64,000 nucleotides of DNA from Rhynchobatus australiae (lineage: Eukaryota). Below are positions 62,860 to 64,000 of this stretch, piece by piece. The position numbers and the translations under genes are program-made. The notes under the pieces were generated by a model that saw nothing but the letters and a program-made list of their open reading frames with translations, was not told the DNA's origin and made no database searches. Position 1 is the first letter of the stretch. Every line of letters begins with the position of its first letter. Location of the stretch: NCBI GenBank assembly GCA_034780895.1, contig JAUZTB010000075.1:13405324-13469323 (forward strand), in the 5' to 3' direction.

Positions 62860-63330
62860 GGTGTCCCTCTTCTGAAAGGGCGGAGGAGATAGCTGGTCTT
62901 CAAAGTGCACGCTCTTCTCTTCTGTGAAGGCAAGTCCCCGTCTCAGCCTATGCAGATGTCTGCCAACCCACATCCTTGTTCCTGTACAACTCGTCTGTGA
63001 CCAGACACAAGCCCAGCGTACGCACAAGGAAGGATGGTGCACTCTGTGTTTCAGTTCATACTTTTTAAAGAAACGCTCAAGGGTGAATGCACTTGCTTTT
63101 CCCACTCTTGCAGCTCTCAGTTTCATGAGGACAGGTGTGCCCGTTGCAATGCTGGTTAAAGTTGCAAAGAAAGAGAAGTTTCTTTGCCCATATTAGGAAG
63201 TGGGTGTTTGTTTCACATTCTGAGCTACCTAAGTGTTAGGCAAAGTGTACACTTTTGCTAGCAGTCATTTTACTCTTTTGGGCCTCTTTCCTCTTTCTTT
63301 CGGTTCACTTGTATTCAGTTCCTGAAAGGA
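62860..63330 (-). promoter_or_regulatory. Probable 5'UTR and proximal promoter of ARHGAP25
   Basis: Apparently repeat-free sequence upstream of the ATG; ETS-type cores AGGAAGTG (63195-63202) and GGAACTGAAT (minus strand, 63313-63322). TSS not determinable. Confidence 0.4.
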
Positions 63331-63439
63331 GTCACAAGTAAATCTGAAGATTAACCAGAGCAAATTAATTATGATATGTCAGAAGGAAAAGAATGAATAA
63401 GCATGAAACACTAGTGTGGCACCAGCTGCTGTGTTGCAT

Positions 63440-63910
63440 TGAATTCTAAACACCACACATTGGAGAAGACAAGAAGGCTTTGGAGAGTGTACCAAAGATA
63501 TTGGCTAAAGCGATTCTGGGGATGAGAAATTACCATTCCATGGAAAGAATGGAGAAGCTGGGGCTGTTTTAATAGGAGTTTGATGATAATGTTCAGAGCA
63601 TGGAAGGGTTAGTTGGAGCATTTAAAGAGAAATCATTATCAGTGGTCAAAGGACTGATAAGCAGAGGACATGAATAGACTGCCAAAAGAGCCAAAGGTGA
63701 ACTATGTGTTTGGGAATTTGGGATGCAAGGCCTGATTGGATGGAGATACAGATTCTCTGGCAGGGAATTAGATAAATACCTGGGGGAAAAAGAATTGCAA
63801 GGATATTGGGAATGAGTCAGGCAGTGAGACAAATTGGATTGACCTCTGAAAGATCTAATACAGACTCAGTAGGTCAAATGGCTTCCTTGTATGGCGCATT
63901 ATCCAATAAT
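63440..63910 (+). mobile_element. Old CR1 LINE 3' fragment
   Basis: AAGGCTTTGGAGAGTGTAC; ERMEKLGLF; CR1-like tail. Confidence 0.65.
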
Positions 63911-64000
63911 TTTATGGTGATGAGTTTGATGACTACGTCCACTAATTTGTCAATGATCTAAACAACAACCAAACTACCTTTATGGTAACCTTTTGCATGA

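Overview
This is vertebrate genomic DNA, most likely from a cartilaginous fish (ray or shark), inferred from its CR1, V-SINE, Deu-SINE, Penelope and Rex1-like repeats. It carries one complete protein-coding gene on the minus strand: ARHGAP25 (PH domain, RhoGAP domain, C-terminal coiled coil). I rebuilt 11 coding exons by hand from ATG 62859 to TAA 2540. All splice phases are compatible, giving a 1974-nt CDS and a 657-aa protein. The exon 9 donor is the least certain boundary. The rest is intron filled with decayed retroelements, several old minisatellites and N-gaps; nearly all other ORFs in the track are spurious or transposon remnants. I found no convincing new multi-gene system. The most notable observations are a GC-AG intron, Penelope-associated minimal hammerhead ribozyme motifs, two neighbouring V-SINEs with different LINE-derived tails, a Rex1-like insertion with microhomology at both junctions, nested insertions and a few unexplained local repeats or hairpins. 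Repeat boundaries are approximate and family names come from motif recognition, not database searches.
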